DNA from: Eledone cirrhosa
Lineage: Eukaryota
Length of the DNA: 64,000 bases
Reading direction: 5' to 3'
Assembly: GCA_964016885.1 (NCBI GenBank)
Contig: OZ024746.1
Coordinates: forward strand, 81,840,001 to 81,904,000
Part shown: piece after piece, positions 40,449 through 54,739 of the stretch
Position numbering within the stretch: the first letter of the stretch is position 1
How the letters are laid out: each line of letters opens with the position of its first letter
The notes under the pieces: generated by a model
Told to the model about the DNA's origin: nothing
The model's database searches: none
What the model saw: the letters and a program-made list of their open reading frames with translations, nothing else
Position numbers and translations under genes: made by a program

Positions 40449-40689
40449 CTTCGAGAATAGTGTTAACAATGTTACAATGTTAATAATGTTTTTTTGTAAA
40501 CACTCACGCCGTATCGTTCCGTTTAAGGTATGTATTCTATATGTCCTATGAGTTTGAAGCAAAGTTGAAATCAACTTGAATATAACATGAATTTAATATA
40601 ATATATAAATATTTTTAACTTAATATTATTTACTTTATAACTTGCATGTTCATTTAAACTTATCTTTATTTCGACTAACTACACTCAAT

Positions 40690-40732
40690 TTCCGGGTTAC
40701 GCTCTTCTGTCGAAATTCCGGGTTACGCTCTT
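40690..40732. promoter_or_regulatory. Duplicated 17-bp motif containing an ETS-type core (TTCCGG), upstream of the PUDP start
   Basis: ttccgggttacgctctt at 40690 and 40716, ~250 bp upstream of the ATG in otherwise very AT-rich DNA. Confidence 0.45.
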
Positions 40733-41343
40733 AGTTGAAAATAAATTTTATTTTTAATTTTTTCCTATAAAAAGAAATAAGTTATTAGAGGAGTGTTATT
40801 AATAATAAAATTTAAATATTAGATTCTTTTGATAATTAAATTTCATATATTTATTTTGTGGGAGTTGTGTCCCTGTGGAAAGAAAAAATACTACTGAACT
40901 ATGAAAGCCTCAAAGCGTTACAATCATCGAAGTGAACAGTCGGACTGTAATTATTGATTCTTTTTTTCTATCTATACGCAAAAAATTAGGTATTTTATTC
41001 GTTTTATTATGGATCCCGCGAACGGTCATCGAATTTCTCTGTTTCCAACATTAAAGATTCGAAGTCTGGAAATAAATAAACAAATAAATAAGTAAATGAA
41101 ATAATTGTTTCTACTTTTGGCACAAGGCCAGCAATTATCCCAGTGCATTACTGGTACTTTATTTTATCGACCCCCCGTAAGGATGAAGGGCAAAGTTAAC
41201 CTCGGCGGGATTTGAACTCAGACCATGAAGGGACGTAACTCTTTGGTGCAAAGCATGGCGTCCGACCCTCTACCAATACTGCCAATGCACCGCCCTTAAG
41301 TAAATGAAATAATAAATGTATAATTTTTTTTTTTTTTTTTAAT

Positions 41344-41823
41344 AGGCTACATAGCCGATCCCAGCAAAATAGAAAAACATGCTTTTAAAGCTTATTTTAC
41401 CGGTAAACCCAAAAGGGACGCAACTCTAGCCGGGGTCCCGGAAGCTTATTTTACCACTAAATAATAAATGATGTTTTAGAACCCAAGTAGTGACTACTAT
41501 CTTTAACCCAGGTCGTTACTTTCTGCTAAAATTCTTAATTTCGAAAATATTTTACTCTGCTAAAATTCTTAAGCCATGGAACTCAGTAGATGTGTGTGTA
41601 TGTAACTAAAGCGTAACGTCTGTTACGGATGGACGAAACGCAAGCAGAATTATAATAAGATGATGACTAAATGATTTTAACTTGGTTTTTAACAATTGGT
41701 GGTGGAAAAGATTTCAAATTGTCTTAACAATTGTCTTAACTCGGGCCGCAACTCATGGTGTCGTACACTCTTACCGGCTAAATAGCCTGGGAGCCTATTT
41801 TCCTGGGACCGGCTACATAGCCT
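41344..41823. mobile_element. Non-autonomous DNA transposon/MITE with ~29-bp TIRs
   Basis: aggctacatagccgatcccagcaaaatag versus the reverse complement of the right end aggctatgtagccggtcccaggaaaatag (25/29); no clear TSD. Confidence 0.65.
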
Positions 41824-42135
41824 CATCGTATTTTTTTTAAAATATATAATTAAAAACTAATTGTAACTAGAAATATATTTTGTTTACATATGAAAGCATT
41901 GGTTGTTCCACTTTCTGAAAATTTAAAATGTAGTTTCAGTTTCAATGTATTAACTATAGACAAAATACAATGAAAAACTTCAAATACAAATGAAATTTAT
42001 TTTCTATGTAAAAAAACAATATTGCAATTCTAAATCTCCAAACCTAAATCCTTGATTGAGATAAATTTTTTCTTCCTTAAAAAAAAAAAATCATTAAAAA
42101 GTTATTAAGGTATTGCAGATTAAGAATCAGCTTTG

Positions 42136-42233
<98 letters not shown>

Positions 42234-42371
42234 GGCGTGTGTGCTTGTGTGTGTGTGAGAGAGAGAGAGCCGGGGCCTAACGGCAAGAGCTCAACTGCTG
42301 GGCCCCGATTTTTTAATATGTTTACACTCTATCCCAAGTATCGAATAATCACCTGAATAATGGTCTCACTA

Positions 42372-42433
<62 letters not shown>

Positions 42434-42935
42434 CCCAGCTGTGTTTGTCTGTTTCTCTCTTACTGCTTCCCCCCTCTCTCTGTATCTCTCACCTTCTTTC
42501 GCTCCCCTCTGTCAGTCACACTTTCTCTCGACTGGCCTCTTCCTCGCACTTCCACTCACTCACTCTCTGCTTCTCCCCTTCTCACTTCCTCCCGTTTGGC
42601 CTGTGTGGGGTCCTTTCTCGCTCACACCTTACTCACGTCGGACGGTCTGTTGTCTCTCTCGCCCATGAAATTCACCCAGCTTACCTGAACGGATATCATG
42701 TGCTTGTTTCTTCCTATCTTTCCGTTGCTATACCTTATATGTTTGTTTACTTGTCTCGCTCGCTTTACGCGATTTACTTGTCCCAATAGCTTTATTTAGC
42801 TATTGCTTGCACCAACTGGAGGTATATGCTTTTTAAAGCGATGAAATACCAATGAAGGTTGGAAAATCACTGATGAAGGACTATTCTTTTCATATGTAAC
42901 CAATATGCAACCACGCAGCACTCAATTCTTCTCAT

Positions 42936-43019
<84 letters not shown>

Positions 43020-43219
43020 GGATAAAGAGAAAAAGAGAGAGAGTAATAAGATACACACACATACATAGATACATAAATATATGCGAGTGTGATGTCCCGC
43101 CTTGATCAGCTTTGCTCAATGACCGAACGAGTTAAAATAATCATTTAATCACAGCTATTTATCAAATTATAAAAGTGAGGATAGAATAGACAAAGAATTA
43201 CCTATTTTTTTTCTTCAAA

Positions 43220-43309
43220 GTCTCTACTGCAGTTTCATCGACCGTTTTGCAACATCGGTGCACCATAGAAGTGCACCAACGCTGTGAGCCTGTCGAATCT
43301 TCAGGAGAC
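43220..43309 (-). ncRNA. Type-I hammerhead ribozyme with a long stem II
   Basis: GTCTC-CTGAAGA-T-TCGAC...GTCGA-T-GAAA-CTGCAG-TA-GAGAC; palindromic stem III, GUA site; inner hairpin ggtgcac/gtgcacc. Confidence 0.8.
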
Positions 43310-43702
43310 CCCCTCATGTTGTGGACTGTATCCTGACCCGACCGTAAGATAGTGAATATTTCTCTGAAGGGAGAAATCGTCACGTGGTATAGGTCACAGA
43401 AGGGAGGCAAAAGCTGGACATTGAGTGAGTACCACATCTGCTAGAAATAGCAGTGAGCACCCACCTACTTAACGCTATCAAAAGAGAGTTGGGACAATAA
43501 AGTAATAAGATACATGGAAATTACCAAATTAAAAAAAACAAAACAAGTGAACTTGAGTTCCAAAATATTTCTAAAATGCAGAAACACATGTTTTTCCCTA
43601 TCCTCCAGGCATATCGATCAACAAACGTACAGTGTTAACTACCAATAACGGACTACCCCAAGCGCATAATGTTGGCCCACTTATTTCAATCCATTTCACT
43701 TC

Positions 43703-44510
43703 ATATATTCACCTTATTCCTATATTCACCTTATTCCTATATTCACCTTATTCCTATATTCACCTTATTCCTATATTCACCTTATTCATATATTCACCTT
43801 ATTCCTATATTCACCTTATTCATATATTCACCTTATTCCTATATTCGCCTTATTCCTATATTCCCCTTATTCCTATATTCTCCTTATTCATATATTCACC
43901 TTATTCATATATTCACCTTATTCATATATTCACCTTATTCCTATATTCACCTTATTCATATATTCACCTTATTCATATATTCACCTTATTCCTATATTCA
44001 ACATATTCATATATTCACCTTATTCATATATTCACCTTATTCCTATATTCCCCTTATTCATATATTCACCTTATTCATATATTCACCTTATTCATATATT
44101 CACCTTATTCATATATTCACCTTATTCCTATATTCACCTTATTCATATATTCACCTTATTCCTATATTCACCTTATTCATATATTCGCCTTATTCATATA
44201 TTCACCTTATTCCTATATTCACCTTATTCATATATTCACCTTATTCCTATATTCACCTTATTCATATATTCACCTTATTCCTATATTCACCTTATTCATA
44301 TATTCACCTTATTCCTATATTCCCCTTATTCCTATATTCACCTTATTCATATATTCACCTTATTCATATATTCACCTTATTCATATATTCAACTTATTCC
44401 TATATTCACCTTATTCATATATTCACCTTATTCCTATATTCACCTTATTCATATATTCACCTTATTCCTATATTCCCCTTATTCATATATTCACCTTATT
44501 CATATATTCG
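43703..44510. repeat. 17-bp minisatellite (tatattcaccttattc[c/a]), ~47 copies
   Basis: Direct inspection; explains the 17-aa periodic ORFs. Confidence 0.95.
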
Positions 44511-45433
44511 TTTTATTCATCAATCCTACCCGACTCCTTTCCACTTAACCTCCAACATCTTTTTGCTTTCCTTTATCACTTTCGTTCAATGAATTTATAT
44601 TATTACATTTTTATACATGGTTGAGACATTACATTTGTAACGTCCTTCTGAGCGCATTGGGAGCAATTTATAATTTTATTTACGCATTTGTAATGTTATT
44701 TGTGTATATATTTAAAGCATATTTGCAATGTTATTCTACTGTAAATTTATACTTACGTATATTAATTCACCACAACTACTTTACTCACTTCATACAATTT
44801 CACCTTATTTCATTTCATTTTATTCCATTCCATTTCCTTTAATTCACAACAGCTCCATCCCAAAACACCACACTTTAAATACTGGTTCCTCTTCCCCGTT
44901 CTTCATCATCTCAATAGTCGTAACCACCATCTTCCTGTTCATCTTCTACTTTACCGTAGAGGGTCGGACGCCATGCTTTGCAGCATAGAATTACGGTCCT
45001 TTATGGTCTGAGTTCAAATCCTGCCGAGGTTAACTTTGCCTTTCATCTTTACGAGGTCGATAAAATAAAGTACCAGTAATGCACTGGGACAATTGCTGGC
45101 CTTGTGCCAAAAATAGAAACAGATATTATATTGGCTGACCTTCGAATTTCTGCTAACTATTTGACCGTTGCCTCCCCACCTTTACCCCCTCATGTTTCCC
45201 CTTTCACTCTTTCCAATTTTTTTATTTATACATTCATCAAAATACATTTTATACCAACCCCACTGACCAGCTTTACAATTCTTTACAATTCATCACTTCT
45301 GTGATATTGAAAATTACTGTTCTCCATCCACCCACTTCCATTACCCACCCACCCACCATAACCCAATAACAAGTATATAAAACGAACATGGGACACATGT
45401 CAACAGTTTGGATGGGACCACCCATGTAAACTC

Positions 45434-45525
45434 TCATATCCGAAGAAGTGTCGATTAAGAGTCGGGATCCGATCGCTTGTTCATTTCCGAGGCTGCTGAT
45501 CGATATAGAAACAATTCTAATATGA
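45434..45525 (+). ncRNA. Degenerate hammerhead ribozyme (U4C)
   Basis: TCATAT-CCGAAGA-A-GTGTCGATT...GATCGATAT-A-GAAA-CAATTC-TA-ATATGA; perfect 6-bp stem I, 9-bp stem II. Confidence 0.6.
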
Positions 45526-45559
45526 AATAAAGTTTCACAAAAAGCTGCAATTCTTATTA

Positions 45560-45689
<130 letters not shown>

Positions 45690-45690
45690 A

Positions 45691-46003
45691 TTCCAGTTCC
45701 TCAGTGAAATAACAACCCAACAAGGAACTGGGCATATCAGAGTATTGACAAAATTATACACCTCAACAACATATGTACTTGTCTATACCACACTAATTCG
45801 GACTGCCTGAAGAGGTCACAGCCAAAGATGGCTGTCACTGAAATATATATAGCAGTAATAAACGAAGCTAAATTTTAAACATTTGACTTTTTATTTAACT
45901 TTATTTTACATTACTCCGGAGTAACCAAACCAACCTGCGCACTTCGTCGAGTGCTCCAGCCTGCATACTGAGGTGTTGGTATACAAGCAACATATACTCA
46001 AAA
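45691..46003 (+). mobile_element. ~310-bp hammerhead-bearing non-coding element between (CT)n(AT)n tracts
   Basis: Unique sequence bounded by microsatellites at 45563-45690 and 46004-46071; contains the hammerhead at 45802. Confidence 0.55.
45802..45856 (+). ncRNA. Minimal type-I hammerhead ribozyme
   Basis: ACTGC-CTGAAGA-GGTCACAGCCA(AAGA)TGGCTGTCACT-GAAA-TATATA-TA-GCAGT. Confidence 0.85.
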
Positions 46004-46073
<70 letters not shown>

Positions 46074-46101
46074 TAGTTCCACAACAGTTAATTCACCATT
46101 T

Positions 46102-46142
46102 CCGAGAACAATTGTTTCACCTTAGTCGGATCATCAGCTCAG
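46102..46142 (-). ncRNA. Minimal type-I hammerhead ribozyme
   Basis: CTGAG-CTGATGA-TCC(GACTAA)GGT-GAAA-CAATTG-TT-CTCGG; palindromic stem III, GUU site; stem II has only 2 Watson-Crick pairs. Confidence 0.7.
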
Positions 46143-46457
46143 TTTAAATGAGATTATACGGGAAAAGAAAAACAATTAATCGAATACGCATGTGCAGAAG
46201 AAGTCACTTCCTAAAGGGGAGGCAACTTACGTTAGATTGATGCTTGGGAAGCAACTGTGAAAACTCAGAATGTAATAGATTGTTCATGTTATTCAGTCCT
46301 GTGATTACGTCGGGTAGTCAGTGTGGGGCTTTGAAATTACGTAATAGGTGTTTCGAAAGGTGTGGCTTAGACTTGGTAATAACTTTCTATTGAATAGAGT
46401 GATACACGTCTGCGTCCTTGAGGGACCATATGTGGCTTGCGAGCTTCGTGGACGACC

Positions 46458-46565
<108 letters not shown>

Positions 46566-46639
46566 CAAGGTGGAAATGAACATTGGAAGGTTATCATACT
46601 TATCTCATTGGTGCAGAAGTAATGCATTTAGCTGATGGT

Positions 46640-47920
46640 TTCAGTCATTTGCCAGAAATTGTTACATTTATAATACCAACTATTTTTACTTTGTCTTTGA
46701 TTCTACTTTAGATCAAACATATTGAAAGCAAATGTCAAAAACAGTTTGTTATATTTATACTGGTTTTAAGGAGAAAATATGTTCTATAAAATCTTTTCCT
46801 GAATATAACTAATTAAATGAAAGATGTCGAAACATGATGGAAGTAATTTTGGAACAACTTGTAAAAGATGAGATACCATTAGAAGATTATCGATCTTAGT
46901 ACAATGATAACATTGTAAATATGGTTGGTCATAAAAGTGCGTTCAAGAAGTGATTAATGACAAAAATTGCAGAGCTATTATTTGTAAACTGCGATAATCG
47001 TTTTTCCGATTTGGTTGAAGTAGTACCACCATGTATTGATGTTAACTTAATGTTAACCTCTTTTTCGTGCAAATCACTTGCTTTCTTCATTATTTTCCTC
47101 CTTAGCTTTCTGTATGAAACAACTGGAAGATTCCATACCATTTAGTTTAGTATTTGAAACTCGATGGAGTTCCCAAACAGAGATAGTGAAGCTAGTAAAT
47201 CAATACTATATCATAGTGAGACGTTTGAAAAATCAAACTGTAAGGAAGGTACTGAATTCACGTTGACGCTGAATTTCTTGGTGTGATTGAATATTTTTTT
47301 TAATTAGAGTTCCTATTCTGATTAAGAGTATTTAAAATGAACTCCAAGATCAGGTCATGTACTTTCCCGATGCTGCTTTGGAATTTAAAATCCATTAAAG
47401 GTTATTCTTTAAGTAGCCAATGATCATTTACCAATGATTCATTCAGAGCTATTAAAGTAGCAATATACCCCACAAAGAAGCTAAGGATTTAACCTTAAAT
47501 ACGAAATAAAAACGATGAGAATAGAAGAAATATCTGTCTCTATGACATGGATTCAAAATTTAGATTTCTTTTAAACTTACCGTTTAAGTGAAACTGAAAA
47601 CAGCACTCATAACCAAAATAAATATTGTAAAGAAAAGTTCTTTCAATTCTAAATAGTTTTATGGCACTGATATATACGGATTTGAGCTTTATGAAGAAAT
47701 CATGAATTGTATGTTATCACTGAAATGTTGCCCAAATATTCAAATTTCTAAAATGGAGGAAATGTTCACGTTTATTGTTCAAAATGGAGATGAAAATAGA
47801 TTTACACATTTGAGGTTTGCTATTCACATAATGCTCACCATTACGTTTTCAATTGTCGCTTATGGGTGATCTTTCAGCGAGTTGAAATTGGTCTTATCAT
47901 ATTTGAGAGCTTCAATTTAT
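46640..47920 (+). pseudogene. Decayed hAT transposase
   Basis: Y.DN..NMVG, LFVNC, FETRWSS and a C-terminal dimerisation-like FTHLRFAIHIMLTITFSIVAYG*SFSELKLVLSYLRAS. Confidence 0.75.
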
Positions 47921-48528
47921 AGTCACAACATGTTTGATATGTTTTGATTCATTACATTTGTATATAACAGCTCCAAAATTCTTAACTTGTTGAGCTGAGG
48001 TGATTATAATTTCCGCACCTATCTCTTGCGGAATAAACGTCCACTTTTATTGATATCTATTGCCTTGGGGTTAACATTGTCACACCATACAGCTTTCAGT
48101 ATGGTGAGTCACGTCAAATATATCTCTGGATGTCGGCAAGTATATTGTTTTATATAATATTTTTGCTTCTATATTTTTCTTAGAATGCTGTAGAATACAA
48201 CTCTGATGAGTATTCTTAGTCCTCTGTAGTTTAATTATAATCTATAGTGTGTGATCGATAACCGGTTACATAGTTTGATTTTAAACTACAGCCTACTAAA
48301 TAACTCTATAAGGTATCTAATGACTCCATCTTGAGTACATATTCCACTCTGAAATATGTATTTAGTATATATATAATACATTGTGTTTTTCTACGATATA
48401 TGGTTCTTTCTCTGTATATATATACATATATTTATTATTTATTATTGCCCTGGATAAAGTCTATTGAGCTTGTTTATTGAGAGGCGCAAGCAAAATTCTA
48501 ACATATTTTATATGTTTTGCTTCATTAC

Positions 48529-48940
<412 letters not shown>

Positions 48941-49466
48941 TGGATTCGCAATCGAAAGGTTGTGAGTTCGATTCCTGGACCAGGCGATGCGTTATGTCCT
49001 TGAGCAAGACACTTTATTTCACGTTGCTCCTTCTACCTGGAGATATAGATAGTATTAGCAATTGGAAAGACCAACGGAAACATTGTTTCCTCGGTCCGAT
49101 TTGACGAAAAGTCGATCGTTCCTATATATATATATATAAATATATATATATTGTTTAGAACCACAGAGAATTGGTATAAATATAATCTTTAGAAAATCGT
49201 ATAAAATGCCCCTATAGACGGGAAAACGTGTGGACAGCAGCCGCTACAAAGAATTGAACACAGTGTCCCTCAAATTCCTCAAATTCCTGCTGAATGGTAT
49301 TAAACATTAAACTAAATCACCTCTGACAACAAATTCCACCTGGAATAGAAAGATAAACAACAGATTTTGGATGTGAAATTATTTAGATTATGTAGGAATT
49401 CTAACTCATATATATATATATATATATGTATATATATGTATATATGTATATACATATATATATATG

Positions 49467-49497
<31 letters not shown>

Positions 49498-49740
49498 GTG
49501 TATATATGTATGTGTATATATATATATGTATATATATGTATATATATGTATATATATATGTATATATATATGTATATATATATGTATATATATATAACCA
49601 GAGATTAGTATGGTTCGTTGATTACTCAATGAATACAATTTTACAATAGATTAGCAGCACTCAACAAGAAAAAGTTTTCCTGGAGTTTTTAATATTATTC
49701 AAAATATTAACAAATGAAAAATATTCTCATAATCAAAATA

Positions 49741-49810
49741 TATACTTTATTATATATATTTCAAAGATACTGTGTTTTTTTTTCAGTACGTCCTCATCAG
49801 ACAAAATATA
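49741..49810 (-). ncRNA. Hammerhead ribozyme, left arm
   Basis: TATATTTTGT-CTGATGA-GGACGTACTG(A9CA)CAGTATCTTT-GAAA-TATATA-TA-ATAAAGTATA. Confidence 0.7.
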
Positions 49811-49875
49811 TGATTTGATATATGACATACCGCTACAGTCTTGATTATTCAAGCGGTATGTCATATATCAAATCA

Positions 49876-49945
49876 TATATTTTGTCTGATGAGGACCTAC
49901 TGAAAAAACAACACAGTACCTTTGAAACATATATAATAAAGTATA
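49876..49945 (+). ncRNA. Hammerhead ribozyme, right arm
   Basis: TATATTTTGT-CTGATGA-GGACCTACTG...CAGTACCTTT-GAAA-CATATA-TA-ATAAAGTATA. Confidence 0.6.
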
Positions 49946-49984
49946 TATTTTGATTATGAGAATATTTTTCATTTGTTAATATTG

Positions 49985-50030
<46 letters not shown>

Positions 50031-50049
50031 GGGATGTCACCACAGAATA

Positions 50050-50088
50050 TGAACCTGAAGATTGCGAAAGCATGAAAGTACTTGTTCA
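50050..50088 (+). ncRNA. 39-nt minimal type-I hammerhead inside a ~210-bp element between (AT)n tracts (50030-50237)
   Basis: TGAAC-CTGAAGA-T-TGC(GAAA)GCA-T-GAAA-GTAC-TT-GTTCA; GNRA-capped stem II, palindromic stem III. Confidence 0.85.
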
Positions 50089-50240
50089 ATTAACACTTAA
50101 CATTTAATATTCTACCATACTATTTCATTCTAATACCATTATAAATTTTAAAGAATTGTAAATAAAACGAGTAAATCAGACAAAGTTGGAATTCCTTTTA
50201 TTAATATAATCTTCTATACACAATCATACACACCTGTGTA

Positions 50241-50347
<107 letters not shown>

Positions 50348-50495
50348 TTTTTTTTATATTTTATCTTGACTCTGTATTCCGTTTATCTTTCACCAAAAGT
50401 GATTTTTGAATGCATCTCTTCTTTCCATGATATCCGGATTACATTGAGTTCTTCATACGGATTGGACACTACCGTAAACTTTTGGTAGATTTATC

Positions 50496-50572
<77 letters not shown>

Positions 50573-51439
50573 TGAGAGAGAGAGAGAGAGAGAGAAGAAT
50601 CATTGTGCAATGAATTCTTCTCTTCGGTGGGCAAATGTCTCCCACTGAGGCATGAAGCTCTAGAATTATCGGATAGGTAAACGGAAGATGTGACATTAAC
50701 GCCTGTTTTACTATTAACAAACGATAGCGGTGAATTGGTTCCGGATAAATATCAATATTAGGCTAAACGCCCAAACACAGACACAAGCACTCATACACAC
50801 ATACATGCACGCACACATACACACATATTTCCAGCTGTACACATACAAATAACACTCTCGCTTGTTACACACGCACACATACATGCTCACTCATACGCAC
50901 ACATACATACATGCAAACACGCATACTCACAAACATATACATTTAAACACATATTCTACACGCACGCACACATACACACAAACACATTCGTACATACACA
51001 CTCACACACATACGCACGCATACACGCACACATATACAAACATACAAAGACATGTGCACATACAAACGAACACAGACGCATCTATTTATATACATCCGAA
51101 GAAATGAGCCGATTTAAGCATTGAGGAATTTTGGCCAACACATTGGAACACTTTGATCTCGAAGTTTCTTCCAACCGATCGGATATTTATGAGAAAACTG
51201 CTGGAAAGCAACAAACCTCCCAATCAAAAGATTCTGTAATTATCGATTAGTGTGAGGCTATGGTTTTCATTGTGTTATATATTCTATTAATATTATATAT
51301 ATTTCAGGCACGCAACACATGTTCAGTGATATAGGCAGTCGTTTATTGAATTATTATATAAGTAGCTGTAACAGATGAGATAATTAAACAAAATACCGAT
51401 GAAGAGGCTGTAATGATTATAAGACACATATAGCAACAC

Positions 51440-52865
<1,426 letters not shown>

Positions 52866-53640
52866 AAATCAGAACCAGCGCTCTGCTATTTCACGTAATA
52901 TATATATTATCTCATTTTTTTCTATATTTGATATGTTCTTTCCAAATTATCAATAAGAATCGACACTTATATGAAAAGGAACCGAAAAACTTAGTTTTTT
53001 CTATCTTTTACATATTCATAAACATATCAAAATTAATAAATAGAGAAGTAACTTTAAAAACTGTTCCTAACTTCTAAACATTTATCAGAAAAATCGTAAG
53101 TTATTACATAATAATATGTGAAGAAATATTGTTTTGTCCCTTTGCGGATTTCTAGTTTATATAATATATACTTTCTCGCTCCGTGTCTAACGTATACTTT
53201 TCTAGTTGTAGACGATAATGTTTGATTTGAGGGAAATTTGGCTGCTGTTTCTTGCTGAGCGTATGATGACACAGAGGCCTTCACTCAGTAGCGATTAACT
53301 AAGGCAGTAGACTTAATTAGTCGCCCGGTTTAAAACTGCCTCCTGGTTCTGGCATGCTTTTAGTGAAGTTTAATCTTTTGCAAGTAATCAAGCCAGGACA
53401 CTGGTTTGAGGAAAACTTTCTCCCTTCATCCCACTAATTTGGAGTCCCCTCAAAATGGCCATGGGCTGCGCCCTTCCTTCTGACTAAGCAATAATATGGC
53501 AGAGCTCACGATTGGTTGCTAGGGCACCTCAGATGTTTGTGTTATATGACTCTGCTCAGTATTGGTTGCTATAGTAATTCAACAGTTACTGTTATGAATG
53601 AACCAGTAGTATTCAAAATGGCACGTCTAAATAGTGGTTC

Positions 53641-53830
53641 AAACGGCACAGCTCAGCTCAGTGTCTAACGACACAGCTCAGCTCAGTGTCTGTTGTAACG
53701 GCACAGCTCAGTGTCTGTTGCAACGACACAGCTCAGCTCAGTGCCTGTTGTAACGGCACAACTCAGTGTCTGTTGTAACGGCACAGCTCAGCTCAGTGTG
53801 TTTTCTAATAACACGGCTTAGTGTTTATTG
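53641..53830. repeat. 25/30-bp minisatellite aacggcacagctca(gctca)gtgtctgttgt, ~6 copies
   Basis: Direct inspection. Confidence 0.85.
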
Positions 53831-54739
53831 TAATGAGACAGCATAGAAATAGTAATGAATTCTAGGTGCTGGCTGTAATGACAATGAACTGTGTCATTTC
53901 TAATGGAACAGCTCGGGTTTGGTTGTTATGTCAGAGATTATTGACATAACTCTCTCTCTCTCTCTCTCTTTGTGCCTTTCGACTTTTTCAGAGCAGAAAG
54001 ACTTTGATTGGCTTTTCCCCACTGATGACAGCTGAGCTTTTTGCCCAGGACTAAAAAGTGTATCACCTTTCTCCTTACCACCATGAAGTATAGCAGCGGG
54101 GTAGCACTGTGATCTTTGCTTGTCATTAAACCCTGCATGTCGATGTAAACAACACCAAATTACATGCTATTTCTAGTCACCTTCGTGCTTACAACTGCCA
54201 CTATTATACTTCAAACGTTACGATAAATCAAGAGCTAAAATCCGAAATATTCCATATAAAAAATTTAATTTTGACTCAAGACATTAATGTTTCTACTTTT
54301 GGCACAAGGCCAGCAATTATCCCAGTGCATTACTGGTGCTTTATTTTATTGACCCCGTAAGGATGAAAGCAAAGCTAACCTCGGCGGGATTTAAACTCGG
54401 GATGTAAAGAGCCATAACTCTATGCTGAAAAGCATGGTGTCTGACGCTCTACCGATACTACCAAACCACCGCTCTAATTGGCTCAAGACATTAATAAAGG
54501 TATTTTTGCTATTGCCTACGTTGTGTAAACATTATTTTTGCTATCACCAGTATTTGCATTTACACTACGAATGTGACGGTTCTCATTGTGTATGTGTATA
54601 GTACTTGGTGTGTGTGAGTATGCGTGTGTGTATCTATGTCTATGTATGAGTGTGTCTGTGAGTATGTGTGTGCGTGTATGCGTGCGTGCATGTGTGCATT
54701 TCTGAAGTATAAATATTTATGTTGATGTATAAATATTTA

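Larger units (their letters stand above)
49692..49991. mobile_element. 300-bp palindromic element (~140-bp arms, 17-nt spacer) with a hammerhead in each arm
   Basis: Arms are reverse complements with few mismatches around the spacer acagtcttgattattca (49835-49851). Confidence 0.85.

Noticed and set aside
40449-40507. Possible 59-nt 5' UTR intron (GTGAGT...AG just before the ATG)
   Set aside because: Weak pyrimidine tract; cannot be supported without transcripts
40302-40574. 90-aa ORF as a complete gene
   Set aside because: Only 19 codons match the HAD family; the rest is 5' UTR and intron read-through
43632-44624. 330- and 307-aa repetitive ORFs
   Set aside because: Translation of the 17-bp minisatellite
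48200-48370. CTGATGA...GAAATATGTATT with an internal hairpin
   Set aside because: No convincing stem I
50378-50462. Minus-strand TCCGT-ATGAAGA...GAAA...ACGGA
   Set aside because: C3 mutated, weak stem II and no proper NUH site
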